A stretch of DNA of 64,000 nt from an uncultured Alphaproteobacteria bacterium (GTDB taxonomy: Bacteria; Pseudomonadota; Alphaproteobacteria; HIMB59; GCA-002718135). A model generated the notes under the pieces. That model made no database searches and had not been told where the DNA came from. It saw nothing but the letters and a program-made list of their open reading frames with translations. Location: assembly GCA_902623545.1 (NCBI GenBank), contig CACNUI010000003.1, forward strand, positions 36,436 to 100,435, written 5' to 3'. Position 1 is the first letter of the stretch, and every line of letters starts with the position of its first letter. A program made the position numbers and the translations under genes. Below, piece by piece: positions 1 through 10,175 of this stretch.

Positions 1-348
1 ATTAGATTTTTCAGTTAAATCATCAAAATTCTGAGAAAAAAAAGTATCAATTTGATCAATTACATTTTGTGAATTGCCCTTTAATGGCCATGATGGACGG
101 TTCCAAATAATATCTTCTCTCATAGATGTTTCTATCTGATCTACTGATAAACCTTTATAAAAATCCCATGACTTATTATATTCTTTCACATGTTTTAAAC
201 AGAAAAAGAAGTACTGATTTAGTAATACTCTCGATTTCGGTGCTTTGAATTCGCCTTTTTCATTACAATTAATTTTATCACATTTCCTATGATTAGTTTT
301 TTCCCATGAGAGTTGGTTTTTTCTAATATCTAATTTTGGTTTTACCAC
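1..348 (-). CDS. J-domain (DnaJ-like) protein, N-terminal 116 codons only; gene runs off the window start
   Basis: The minus-strand frame is open from 348 to position 1 (hand translated, no stops). The only start candidate is GTG at 348-346, with an in-frame TGA just upstream at 354-352. The peptide MVKPKLDIRKNQLSWEKTNHRKCDKINCNEKGEFKAPKSRVLLNQYFFFCLKHVKEYNKSWDFYKGLS resembles the Cys-rich N-terminal module of alphaproteobacterial J-domain proteins encoded next to bolA (recalled, not searched). Absent from the ORF track because it is truncated. Confidence 0.5.
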   Translation of the reverse strand, partial: MVKPKLDIRKNQLSWEKTNHRKCDKINCNEKGEFKAPKSRVLLNQYFFFCLKHVKEYNKSWDFYKGLSVDQIETSMREDIIWNRPSWPLKGNSQNVIDQIDTFFSQNFDDLTEKSN

Positions 349-371
349 ATATCATATATAGTATTAAAATA

Positions 372-626
372 ATGAATCGTAAGCAAAGAATTCATAATTT
401 ATTAAAAAAAAAATTTAAAAATTTTTTAATAAATGTTCAAGATAACTCAAATTTACATGCTGGTCACAATGACTTCTCAGGTGAGGCAGGTACACATTTA
501 AAAATAATTTTGATTAATAAAAATATTGCTGAAATAAACAAACTTAAAATACACAGAGATATATACAGTATGTTAAAAAAAGAATTTGAAAATGGATTAC
601 ATGCATTGGAGATAAAAATAAATTAA
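372..626 (+). CDS. bolA: BolA family protein
   Basis: Track ORF 336..626 carries the BolA-like core HAGHNDFSGEAGTHLKIILI...IHRDIYSML...LHALEIK. I prefer the in-frame ATG at 372 (MNRKQRIHNLL) over TTG 336, which would overlap the divergent gene. Confidence 0.8.
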   Translation: MNRKQRIHNLLKKKFKNFLINVQDNSNLHAGHNDFSGEAGTHLKIILINKNIAEINKLKIHRDIYSMLKKEFENGLHALEIKIN

Positions 627-1867
627 TTTTTTGAAATTTCAATTTTAGATATTTGCTTTCTCGAATGTGATAAAACTTTATAATTAAATGATTCATCTTT
701 AACTTCCTCACCATAGAAAGGGATTTTTTTAGCTATCTCTAATATATGACCAGCAATTGTAGATGACTCACTTTCAGGTGGCTCTAAATCAAAACTTTTA
801 TATAAATCTCTTAAATTTTTTTCACCATTCACTATAATTTTGCCTTGATTATTTAGTTTGAAATCATTTTCTGGAATATCAATTTCATCAACTATTTCAC
901 CAACAATTTCTTCTATTATATCCTCTAAAGTTATTAATCCAAGTAGTTCGCCATACTCATCAACTACAAAAGCTAAGTGCTCATTTCTTTTTCTAAATTC
1001 AACTAATTGTTCCAATAAATTAGTTGTGTCAGGAATAAACCATGGTTTAATAATTTTATCAAAGATTATTTCTTTAGATTTATCGTGATTTTTTAAATCA
1101 ATATTTAAAGTCCTTACATTTAAAACACCGATAATATTTTCTGGGTCTTTTTTCCAAAATGGAATTCGAGTAAACCTAGAGCTATTAATTTGATCTATTA
1201 TTTTCTTAGTTTCTAGATTAGAGTCTATTGAAAAAATATTTTTCCTGTGAGTAAAAATTTCTCGGACAGTAATATCATTTAATTGTAGAATACTTTGTAG
1301 CATATCCTTTTCTGTTAAATAATCTGGATTAGAAGTTCTGTATAAATCAATAACACCTTTTAATTCTTCTTCAGATTGAATATCTCTGTTTTTAGGATCA
1401 TTTTCTGATTTCCTAAAAATAGATCTAACAATAAGATTTATAAAAAAAATGAAAATAAAAAGAGATTTATTAAGATAGAAAATTATTGGAGAGATTAGTA
1501 AAGCTGTTCTTGTTGGTCTATTTATTGCATAAGTTTTAGGTAAAACTTCAGCAAATATAACCAAGACAACAGTCATTATAAGAGTTGAATAAAAAATACC
1601 CTTCACTCCAAATAAATCATAAAAAAAAGCAGTTGCTAATGATGATGCTAAAATATTAACTAAGTTATTTGAAAGCAATAAAGAAGAAATTACATTATCT
1701 TTATTATCCAAAATTTTTAATACATATTTTGCTTTCTGATTACCTCTCTTTACCTGATAAATAATTCTGGCCTTTGATGTTGCTGTAATAGCAGTCTCAG
1801 AACCTGATAAAAAACCAGATAATAATACAAGAAAAATAATCAAACAAAGCAGAATTAATGAAATCAC
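623..1867 (-). CDS. Hemolysin-family/CNNM membrane protein (DUF21 TM domain + CBS pair + CorC_HlyC), TlyC/CorC-like
   Basis: 414 aa. N-terminal TM region with LSGSETAIT, a central CBS-pair-like region and a C-terminal transporter-associated domain. GTG start. Confidence 0.85.
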   Translation of the reverse strand: MISLILLCLIIFLVLLSGFLSGSETAITATSKARIIYQVKRGNQKAKYVLKILDNKDNVISSLLLSNNLVNILASSLATAFFYDLFGVKGIFYSTLIMTVVLVIFAEVLPKTYAINRPTRTALLISPIIFYLNKSLFIFIFFINLIVRSIFRKSENDPKNRDIQSEEELKGVIDLYRTSNPDYLTEKDMLQSILQLNDITVREIFTHRKNIFSIDSNLETKKIIDQINSSRFTRIPFWKKDPENIIGVLNVRTLNIDLKNHDKSKEIIFDKIIKPWFIPDTTNLLEQLVEFRKRNEHLAFVVDEYGELLGLITLEDIIEEIVGEIVDEIDIPENDFKLNNQGKIIVNGEKNLRDLYKSFDLEPPESESSTIAGHILEIAKKIPFYGEEVKDESFNYKVLSHSRKQISKIEISKN

Positions 1868-1870
1868 AGT

Positions 1871-2938
1871 TTAAATTTTATTTAATATTTGTTTAATTTT
1901 ATGAGCACTTATATTTTGATAAAAAATAGCATTACCAATATTCTTTAATAAAACCATATTAATTTTACCACCAAAATTTTTTTTATCTTTATATATATTA
2001 CTCAAAATTTTATTTTGATTAAATTTTATACTTTTTATCTTCAATTTTGTTTTTTTAAAATGAGATATGATTATATTAAGTTCATTTTTTGATAGAAATT
2101 TTAATTCATTAGAAATCATTGACTCAGCAAGCATTCCAATAGAAACTGCTTCTCCATGATTCAGATTTCTACTATAATTATAAAAAGTTTCAAGAGAATG
2201 GCCAATTGTATGGCCAAAGTTTAATATGGATCTAGAATTTTTATTTTTTAATTTTTCAAATGGATCTTTATTTACATAAAACATCTTAATTTTTATAGAT
2301 TTGTAAATTGCATCTTCAATTAATTTTGTTTCTAAATTAATTAATTCATTAAAATTTTTATCAAGCCAGTAAAAAAAATTTTTATCTTTTATTAAAGCAT
2401 GTTTAATAATTTCTGCATATCCAGATTTTAATTCTCTCATAGGTAAGCTTTTAAGAAAATCTATATCGATTAATATTTCAGTTGGATGATAAAAACTACC
2501 AATTTGATTTTTTCCATATTTTGTATTGATACCATTTTTACCACCAATTGAACTATCAACTTGTGATAAAAGTGTAGTTGGAACTAACTTAAACTCTACA
2601 CCTCTTAAAATAGTACTAGCAACAAAGCCACAAAGATCACCTAAAGTTCCACCACCCACAGCAATTAATATTGAACTTCTATCTATCCCTTTACTTAACA
2701 ACTTCTCACATAGAAAAGAATAATTATTTATATTTTTCAGAGTTTCGGATGAATGAATATAAATAAATTCGATATTTTTAAAACTGATATTTTTAAAGAC
2801 AGATTTAACTTTAGAATCTACTATACAGTAAGTTTTTCGATCTTTATTAGATACATTAAATAAAAATTTCTTAACAAAATTTTTTTTTATTATAATTGTA
2901 GTTTTGTGTGTAGTATTTTTAAAAGTAATTTTTTTCAT
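1871..2938 (-). CDS. aroB: 3-dehydroquinate synthase
   Basis: 355 aa with GGGTLGDLCGF, VDSSIGGKNGIN and HGEAVSIGM motifs. Overlaps the aroK stop by 4 nt. Confidence 0.93.
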   Translation of the reverse strand: MKKITFKNTTHKTTIIIKKNFVKKFLFNVSNKDRKTYCIVDSKVKSVFKNISFKNIEFIYIHSSETLKNINNYSFLCEKLLSKGIDRSSILIAVGGGTLGDLCGFVASTILRGVEFKLVPTTLLSQVDSSIGGKNGINTKYGKNQIGSFYHPTEILIDIDFLKSLPMRELKSGYAEIIKHALIKDKNFFYWLDKNFNELINLETKLIEDAIYKSIKIKMFYVNKDPFEKLKNKNSRSILNFGHTIGHSLETFYNYSRNLNHGEAVSIGMLAESMISNELKFLSKNELNIIISHFKKTKLKIKSIKFNQNKILSNIYKDKKNFGGKINMVLLKNIGNAIFYQNISAHKIKQILNKI

Positions 2939-3462
2939 AATTGGTTTAACGAATTTTCTATTAATGAAATGACATAATTTTTACTTTGATTGTTCTTTAA
3001 AATTAAATCAGCTTTATCATAATAAACTTTTCTTTCATTTAATAAATCTTTAAGTATATTTTCTTTATTTTCAGTTTTCAAAAGAGGTCTTTTATTGGAG
3101 TTATTTAATCTTTTTAACAATATTTCAATATCAACTTTTAAATATATTGAAAAGGAATTCAAAAAGATTAATCTTCTTATTCTTTCATTTATAACACTTC
3201 CTCCACCTAAGGAAATAACGCAATTTTTTTTTGAAAGTAATTTTAAACAAACTTTTTCTTCTAATTCTCTAAAATATTTTTCTCCCTTTTTTTTAAATAT
3301 TAAGTTAATACTTTGACCGGCCATTTTTTCAATTTCTAAATCACTGTCATGAAAATCTACATTAAAATATTTGCTGATATCTCTTCCTACAGACGATTTA
3401 CCGGAGCCCATTAATCCAATTAAACTAATGTTTTTTTTACCTATTTTTTTAAAATTGATCAT
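2935..3462 (-). CDS. aroK: Shikimate kinase
   Basis: 175 aa with P-loop GLMGSGKSSVGR and LGGGSV. Lies upstream of aroB in the classic aroK-aroB order. Confidence 0.93.
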   Translation of the reverse strand: MINFKKIGKKNISLIGLMGSGKSSVGRDISKYFNVDFHDSDLEIEKMAGQSINLIFKKKGEKYFRELEEKVCLKLLSKKNCVISLGGGSVINERIRRLIFLNSFSIYLKVDIEILLKRLNNSNKRPLLKTENKENILKDLLNERKVYYDKADLILKNNQSKNYVISLIENSLNQL

Positions 3463-3563
3463 TATCTAGCAATTTCTTATTCTTGACAAATTTTGATTGC
3501 ATTAAGAAAATTCTTAAAAAAAAATTTTATTCATATAATACTCTTTTTTTTTAAGTTTTTTAT

Positions 3564-3692
3564 ATGAAAAGTAAATATATATTCTACATTTCTGCAATCT
3601 TCTTTATAATAATGATTTCAGTATTATATTTTGTGGAAATACCCTCACCATCAATAAAAATTAATGAAGAATATTTGTTAGAAATTAAATGA
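3564..3692 (+). CDS. 42-aa predicted single-pass membrane micro-protein (hypothetical)
   Basis: Hand-translated ATG ORF: MKSKYIFYISAIFFIIMISVLYFVEIPSPSIKINEEYLLEIK. It has one hydrophobic helix. Its TGA (3690-3692) overlaps the ATG (3689-3691) of the next gene, an ATGA coupling. Below the track size cutoff. Confidence 0.35.
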   Translation: MKSKYIFYISAIFFIIMISVLYFVEIPSPSIKINEEYLLEIK

Positions 3693-5446
3693 AAATAATA
3701 CTAAATTTTTTGTTGTTAACTATAATTGCTTTAAAAATAAACGCTAATGAGAATGTAGAAATTATTCAACTGCATACAACTCCCAATCTTGATCAAATAG
3801 TTCTTGAACATAATGAAGTTCAAGACAATGCAGATGAAAATACACAAATTGATGATGAAGATTTAATTGAAGTTGACGATACCAATACTGAATTACAAGA
3901 AAATATTGATCAAACAGTTGTATACAATGAAAATTTTTTAAGTCTTTCAAACCAAAATGACATAGATAACTATTTAAGTAATCTTAAAAATATTAAATCT
4001 GATATTCTGAAAAAGGAATTGTTCCAACTTTTAGAAGAAGTTAGCTTAGACTACAACACAAAAAAAAATAAAGATATTTTTTATAGTATTATAAAATATT
4101 TTTATGAGAATGGAAATATTTCAAGAGCTTATAATATGCTATCAATATATAGTTTTGAAGATGACGAGAGACTTGATTATTATAAAATGATTGAAATAAA
4201 TTATTTGTTATCTACTTTTCAACTAGAGAAAGTTTGCAATATTAAAGATAATTTAAGTACAGAAGTAAAACTAAAAAATTTCTTATTAGAAAAAATTGAT
4301 ATTTTTTGCATGGTTCTTTCTAATAATTTAGCAGAGGCTGAGTTATTAAATACAATTATAATTGAATCAGAAAATGAACTAGATGAAAACTTTCAAAGTT
4401 TATATTCTTTAATTAATTTCAATGATGTTAATACTGATGAGTTAATATTTAAAACTGAAATAAATCCAAATCTAATTTTCTTATATAGTGCTATGGCTCG
4501 AATAGCTGAAGTACCACTGGATGAAAATTTTTTAAAAGTAGATCCAAAGAACTTATCAATTCCAATTATTTTAAATAAATCTTCACCCATTGAAATAAGA
4601 ATAAAGGCAGCAACTCAAAGTTATATAAATAAAATTATTTCGATTGAAAGTTTATCTGCTTTATATCAATCTGTAGATTTTAGTTCCGAAGAATTAAATA
4701 ATAAAAATAAAACTATCGAAACTTTATCAGATAATCCTGAACTAGTAATGGCATATTATTTTCAATTGATTAATATACAGATCTTTCCCTCAGAAAGATT
4801 AAAAGCTCTAATAGAATTTTGGAATTATGCTAAAGAAAATAAATTAGAAAAAATAGCATATGCATTAACATATCAAATAGTAGAAACAATTGAAGTTTCT
4901 TCGGATAATCTAGAATTTGGGCAAGAAATAGCAAAATGTTATATTTATAACAAACAGTACGATAAAGCTTTATCTTGGATTGAGCATTATGAAAAAAATA
5001 ATCAAATAGAAGATAAAAGTTCACATGCTCGGTCATTACTAAAATTACATTTTAATACTGAAGAAGAATACTTTATTGAAATAATTGATAGTTATATAGA
5101 TAAGAATAATATTGAGAAATTCAAAAATTATGAAGAACTAAAATACATTTTACAGATTTCACTTGACCTAGAGATAAGCGATAAAATTTCTGAAGAATTT
5201 ACTGATATATATGATCAAAGATTTTTACCTTCAATGTTCATAATTAAAAACATTAAAGAGGCAAAAATTAATAATAATGATGATAAATTTTTAATATTTT
5301 CGATGCTATCTATTGATAATAAAAATTGGAATGAAATACATCCAGAACATTTACTATTAATATTAAATGGTTACATTTCCTATAAAAATGGAAATTTACT
5401 AAAGGAGATAATTATTGAAATTTTTGAAGACTATCAAATCTTATAA
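3689..5446 (+). CDS. Secreted hypothetical protein with an acidic N-terminal region and a helical-repeat body
   Basis: 585 aa. Signal-peptide-like MKIILNFLLLTIIALKINANE, then an acidic stretch (DNADENTQIDDEDLIEVDDTNTELQENIDQ). No catalytic motif recognised. Confidence 0.7.
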   Translation: MKIILNFLLLTIIALKINANENVEIIQLHTTPNLDQIVLEHNEVQDNADENTQIDDEDLIEVDDTNTELQENIDQTVVYNENFLSLSNQNDIDNYLSNLKNIKSDILKKELFQLLEEVSLDYNTKKNKDIFYSIIKYFYENGNISRAYNMLSIYSFEDDERLDYYKMIEINYLLSTFQLEKVCNIKDNLSTEVKLKNFLLEKIDIFCMVLSNNLAEAELLNTIIIESENELDENFQSLYSLINFNDVNTDELIFKTEINPNLIFLYSAMARIAEVPLDENFLKVDPKNLSIPIILNKSSPIEIRIKAATQSYINKIISIESLSALYQSVDFSSEELNNKNKTIETLSDNPELVMAYYFQLINIQIFPSERLKALIEFWNYAKENKLEKIAYALTYQIVETIEVSSDNLEFGQEIAKCYIYNKQYDKALSWIEHYEKNNQIEDKSSHARSLLKLHFNTEEEYFIEIIDSYIDKNNIEKFKNYEELKYILQISLDLEISDKISEEFTDIYDQRFLPSMFIIKNIKEAKINNNDDKFLIFSMLSIDNKNWNEIHPEHLLLILNGYISYKNGNLLKEIIIEIFEDYQIL

Positions 5447-6384
5447 TGATTAAATACTTTGATTTTGAAAAAGAAATTAAAAATATTGATACAACAATAG
5501 ACAAATACTTAAACGAAGATACTGAAAATATAGCAAAAATACAAAAACTTGAATTAAAGAAAAAACAACTGTTTAATAAAATTTACTCTTCCCTTGAGCC
5601 TTGGCAAAAAGTTCAAGTTTCAAGACATAATGAGAGACCACATACCATTGATTATTTGAAACTTATTTTTGAAGATGTTATCTTTTTACATGGAGATAAG
5701 AAGTATGCTGATGACCAAGCTATTATAGGCGGTTTTGCTAAAATAGATAATCAATCAGTAATTTTTATTGGAAATGAAAAAGGGAATTCTATGAATACTA
5801 GAATTCAACATAATTTTGGAATGGCAAAACCAGAGGGATATAGAAAAGCACAACGATTGCTTTTGCTTGCTGAAAAATTTAATCTTCCCGTTGTAACATT
5901 TGTAGATACTGCAGGAGCTTTTCCAGGTAAAGATGCTGAGGAAAGAGGTCAATCAGAATCTATTGCATCTTCAATTATGTTATTTTTAAAAGTTAAAACA
6001 CCGACTTTATCTATAATTATAGGGGAGGGTGGTTCAGGTGGAGCAATTGGAATTGCATCATCAGATAGAGTGTTAATGCTTGAACACGCGACTTATTCAG
6101 TAATTTCTCCAGAAGGATGCGCTTCAATTTTATGGAGAAGTACAAATTTCGCTCAAGATGCTGCAAAAACCCTGAAGCTGACATCTGAAGATTGTAAAAA
6201 TTTTAATATCATAGACAAAATAATTCCTGAAGTTGCTGGAGGTGCTCACAGATATCCTAAAATTCAAGCCAGTTTAATTAGGGATAGTATTATAGAAAAT
6301 CTAAGAGATTTAAATAAGTTGCCAATTGAAGAGATTGTAAAAATTAGAAAAGATAAATATTTAAATATTACTTCAAATATTTAA
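5446..6384 (+). CDS. accA: Acetyl-CoA carboxylase carboxyltransferase alpha subunit
   Basis: 312 aa with FVDTAGAFPGKDAEERGQSE and IIGEGGSGGAIGI motifs. Confidence 0.95.
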   Translation: MIKYFDFEKEIKNIDTTIDKYLNEDTENIAKIQKLELKKKQLFNKIYSSLEPWQKVQVSRHNERPHTIDYLKLIFEDVIFLHGDKKYADDQAIIGGFAKIDNQSVIFIGNEKGNSMNTRIQHNFGMAKPEGYRKAQRLLLLAEKFNLPVVTFVDTAGAFPGKDAEERGQSESIASSIMLFLKVKTPTLSIIIGEGGSGGAIGIASSDRVLMLEHATYSVISPEGCASILWRSTNFAQDAAKTLKLTSEDCKNFNIIDKIIPEVAGGAHRYPKIQASLIRDSIIENLRDLNKLPIEEIVKIRKDKYLNITSNI

Positions 6385-8885
6385 TTTCCATGACATTGTT
6401 TGTACTTTTTCCCTGACCCACATGGACAAGGTTCATTACGTCCAACTTTTTTTGAAATTATCCTTCTTGTGTTGTTTGTACTAACACCATCACTTTTACT
6501 AACTAATTCTATATTAAATAGAGTTTTTAATACTCTTTCATTTTGATTGGATAACATCTCATCAAAATAATCAAATGATTCTTTCTTATATTCATAAAAT
6601 GGATCTTTTCCTCCTAAAGCTCTAAGATTTACACTACTTCTTAATGAATCCATTGCAGCTAAATGATCTCTCCAATCTTTATCTATTTGAAACAACATAA
6701 CTCTTTTTTCTGCAAATTTTAATAATTCCGCAGAATACCTCTCTTTTTTTTCTAGGTAACTTTGAGTTATTTGGTCATGGAGTCTTTTCTTAACCTCTTC
6801 TTCATCAACACCTTCTTCTTCAAACCACTTTTCTACCTCTATATTCAAATTAAAAACTTCTTTAATCTTAGCTTTTAGTAATGGAGCATTCCATTCATCA
6901 CTATATTTTTTTGGAGGAATGCACTCAATAAGGATAGCTTCAACATAGTCAATTATCATTTCTGATATAATTTTTGACTGATCGTTAGTAGTAAGAATAT
7001 CTTTTCTGTTTTGGTATATTATTTTACGTTGATCATTTAAGATATCATCAAACTTAAGAATTTGTTTTCTTAAATCATAATTATGAGACTCCACTTTCTG
7101 TTGGGCTCTCTCTAAAGATTTTGTGATCATGGAATGTGTAATAACTTCACCATACTTTAAACCAAGTTTTGACAATACAGTTTCTAAAGTTTTTGCTCCA
7201 AATATTCTCATCAGGTCATCTTCTAAAGATAGAAAAAATATACTTTCACCTATATCGCCTTGTCTACCTGATCTTCCTCTTAGCTGATTATCAATTCTTC
7301 TGCTTTCATGTCTTTCTGTACCAATAACTAACAAACCACCTGCTTTAATTGCCTGATCTTTTAATTTTTCATTGTCATTACCTAGTTTTATATCAGTTCC
7401 TCTACCAGCCATGTTTGTAGAGATTGTAACATTTCCTGGAATACCTGCTTTAAGAATAATTTCAGCTTCTTCTTGATGATTTTTTGCATTAAGTACATTA
7501 TGTGAAATTTTAGCATCAAATAATAATTTTGAAATTTTTTCTGAATTTTCTACTGATGTTGTGCCAATTAAAATTGGCTGATTTAATTCATATCTTGATT
7601 TAACCAAATCTATTACAGCTTCATATTTTTCTTTTTTAGTCATATAGATTTGATCATTTTTATCGTTTCTATTTATTTGCAAATTAGGCGGAATATCTAC
7701 AACTTCCAAATTATAAATTCCTTCGAATTCTTTTGCCTCAGTTAATGCAGTTCCAGTCATTCCACTTAATTTTTTGTATGTTCTAAAGAAATTTTGATAT
7801 GTAATAGAAGCTATGGTCTGATTTTCTTTTTGTATAACTAAATTTTCTTTTGCCTCAATTGCCTGATGCAAACCATCACCAAATCTACGCCCTTCCATTG
7901 GTCGTCCTGTAAGTTCATCAATTATTATAACATTCTTATTCTTAACAATATAATCAATGTCTTTTTTAAATAATTTATTTGCTCTTAGTGCTTGAACAAT
8001 ATTATGATTTAAAGATATATTTTCTATATCTTGAAGGGTACCTTGCTTAATAAATCCATTTTCTTTTAAAAGAGTTTCAGTAAGTTCCATACCCTGCGTT
8101 GTAAGAAGTATACTTTTGTTTTCTTCGTTCAATTCAAAATCTTCATTTTTAAGATATTTAATAATTTTATTTATTGCGGGATACAATTTAGTATTTGTAT
8201 TTGACTCAGCTGAAATTACTAAGGGTGTTCTAGCTTCATCTATTAATATACTATCTACTTCATCAACAATAGCAAAGGCATCATTTTTAAAACATAAACT
8301 GTTATAATCATTTTTTAGATTATCCCTTAAGTAGTCAAAACCAATTTCGTTATTTGTTGCATAAACTATATCGCAGTTGTATTGTATAGGTCTACTAATA
8401 TGATCTAAATCGGATGTTATACATCCTACAGTTAGCCCTAAAAAATTAAAAACTTTACCCATCCAAACTGAATCTCTTTTTGCTAAATAATCATTAACTG
8501 TAATTATGTGGACAGAATTGCCAATTAACGAATTTGCATAAGCTGCAAGAGTAGCAACCAGAGTTTTACCTTCTCCTGTTTTCATTTCTGCAATCTTTCC
8601 TTCATGAAGTACTTTTCCCCCAATTAATTGAACATCAAAATGCCTCATGTTTACAGTTCTCTTTGATGCTTCTCTTACAACAGCGAATGCCTCAGGTAAT
8701 ATCTCCTCTATCACAGAACCTTTACTTAATTTTTCTTTAAATTCTTTAGTTTTATTCTTAAAGTCAACATTCTCTAAAATTGAGATATCATCTTCAAATC
8801 GATTAACTTGATTTACAAAATTATCGTACTTCTTTAATGAATTTGAGCTAATAGATTTAAAAAGTTTGTTAACAATACTAACCAT
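6381..8885 (-). CDS. secA: Preprotein translocase ATPase SecA
   Basis: Walker A MKTGEGKTLVATL, a DEAD-like IVDEVDSILIDEA, and the C-terminal zinc motif CPCGSGKKYKQCHG. The start is moved from 8909 to the internal ATG at 8885 (MVSIVNKLFKSI), which matches typical SecA N-termini. Confidence 0.95.
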   Translation of the reverse strand: MVSIVNKLFKSISSNSLKKYDNFVNQVNRFEDDISILENVDFKNKTKEFKEKLSKGSVIEEILPEAFAVVREASKRTVNMRHFDVQLIGGKVLHEGKIAEMKTGEGKTLVATLAAYANSLIGNSVHIITVNDYLAKRDSVWMGKVFNFLGLTVGCITSDLDHISRPIQYNCDIVYATNNEIGFDYLRDNLKNDYNSLCFKNDAFAIVDEVDSILIDEARTPLVISAESNTNTKLYPAINKIIKYLKNEDFELNEENKSILLTTQGMELTETLLKENGFIKQGTLQDIENISLNHNIVQALRANKLFKKDIDYIVKNKNVIIIDELTGRPMEGRRFGDGLHQAIEAKENLVIQKENQTIASITYQNFFRTYKKLSGMTGTALTEAKEFEGIYNLEVVDIPPNLQINRNDKNDQIYMTKKEKYEAVIDLVKSRYELNQPILIGTTSVENSEKISKLLFDAKISHNVLNAKNHQEEAEIILKAGIPGNVTISTNMAGRGTDIKLGNDNEKLKDQAIKAGGLLVIGTERHESRRIDNQLRGRSGRQGDIGESIFFLSLEDDLMRIFGAKTLETVLSKLGLKYGEVITHSMITKSLERAQQKVESHNYDLRKQILKFDDILNDQRKIIYQNRKDILTTNDQSKIISEMIIDYVEAILIECIPPKKYSDEWNAPLLKAKIKEVFNLNIEVEKWFEEEGVDEEEVKKRLHDQITQSYLEKKERYSAELLKFAEKRVMLFQIDKDWRDHLAAMDSLRSSVNLRALGGKDPFYEYKKESFDYFDEMLSNQNERVLKTLFNIELVSKSDGVSTNNTRRIISKKVGRNEPCPCGSGKKYKQCHGN

Positions 8886-8909
8886 AATATGATAAATGGC
8901 TGTTAACAT

Positions 8910-10175
8910 ATGAATAAGAAATCTTCTACAACGGAATTAAAACTTACTAGTAATGAAAGACTTTCTTTAAATAATAAAATTAACCTTTATCCAAAAAAAT
9001 ACATAAATTTTGTCCCTGAAGGACTACAATTATTCACTTTTAATTCAGGCTTTAAAAAACAACTTGATGATCTTTTAATAGTTGTATTTGACCAGGTTGT
9101 TAATTGTAAATCAGTTTATTCAAAGACTTCTACACCTTCTGCCCCAATTATATGGGATAAAAAAAATAATAAAGGTAATGTAAAAGCTTTAGTAGTAAAT
9201 TCAGGAAATGCTAATGCATATACTGGTAGCAAAGGTATACAAGTTATAAACGAGTATGTAGATTTTCTATGTTCCAAAATTAAATGCAAGAAAAGTGAAG
9301 TACTAGTTTCTTCAACTGGTGTTATTGGAGAAATATTTAAATCAACAAAAATTATTAAAAATATAGCGAAAATTTACAAAACTAAAAATACTAGTTTGTT
9401 AAATGCAGCTAAGTCAATAATGACAACTGATACATATCCAAAAATATCTATTCAAAATGTTAAAATAGACAATATTAAATTCAAAATCTATGGCATAGCC
9501 AAAGGATCTGGAATGATAAAGCCTAATATGGGCACAATGCTTGCCTATATATTTATAGAAATATCAGTTTCAAAAAAAATTTTAGAAAGATTGCTTAAAT
9601 ATAATCTTGATAATACTTTTAATGCGATTTCTGTTGATAGTGATACATCTACAAGTGATACATTAGTATTATTTTCTTTAAATAAAAAAAAAGTAAATCT
9701 ATTAAAAAATAAGAATTTATTAGTTTTAAACAAAGCAATTTATAAAATAATGCACGATCTTTCATTAAAAGTTATACAAGATGGTGAGGGTTTATCAAAA
9801 TTAATAAAAGTTAATGTTCAAAAAAGTAAATCAAAAAATCAAGCAAAAAATATTGCATTTTCAATTGTAGATTCTCCTTTGGTAAAAACTGCTATTGCAG
9901 GAGAAGACGCAAACTGGGGAAGAGTTATTATGGCAATTGGAAAATCTAAAGAAAGAATTGAACAAAATAATTTAAAAATATTTTTCGGAAAAAATTTAGT
10001 ATGTGAAAATGGAAAAAAATCAAAAAAACTAAATTTATCTAAGTTGAACAGATATATGAAAAATAATACAATAGAAATTACAATACTAATTCAAAATGGA
10101 AAATTTAATCATACTGTTTATGGTAATGATTTGACTTATAAGTATATAAAAATAAATGCAGATTATAGGTCATAA
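8910..10175 (+). CDS. argJ: Bifunctional ornithine acetyltransferase / N-acetylglutamate synthase
   Basis: 421 aa with IMTTDTYPK and the autoprocessing-site-like KPNMGTMLAYIF. The C-terminus ends INADYRS, as is typical of ArgJ. Confidence 0.9.
   Translation: MNKKSSTTELKLTSNERLSLNNKINLYPKKYINFVPEGLQLFTFNSGFKKQLDDLLIVVFDQVVNCKSVYSKTSTPSAPIIWDKKNNKGNVKALVVNSGNANAYTGSKGIQVINEYVDFLCSKIKCKKSEVLVSSTGVIGEIFKSTKIIKNIAKIYKTKNTSLLNAAKSIMTTDTYPKISIQNVKIDNIKFKIYGIAKGSGMIKPNMGTMLAYIFIEISVSKKILERLLKYNLDNTFNAISVDSDTSTSDTLVLFSLNKKKVNLLKNKNLLVLNKAIYKIMHDLSLKVIQDGEGLSKLIKVNVQKSKSKNQAKNIAFSIVDSPLVKTAIAGEDANWGRVIMAIGKSKERIEQNNLKIFFGKNLVCENGKKSKKLNLSKLNRYMKNNTIEITILIQNGKFNHTVYGNDLTYKYIKINADYRS

Noticed and set aside
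336-371. The TTG-initiated N-terminal extension of bolA (MVLPHIIYSIKI)
   Set aside because: It would overlap the divergent J-domain gene start (GTG 348). The in-frame ATG at 372 gives a typical BolA length.
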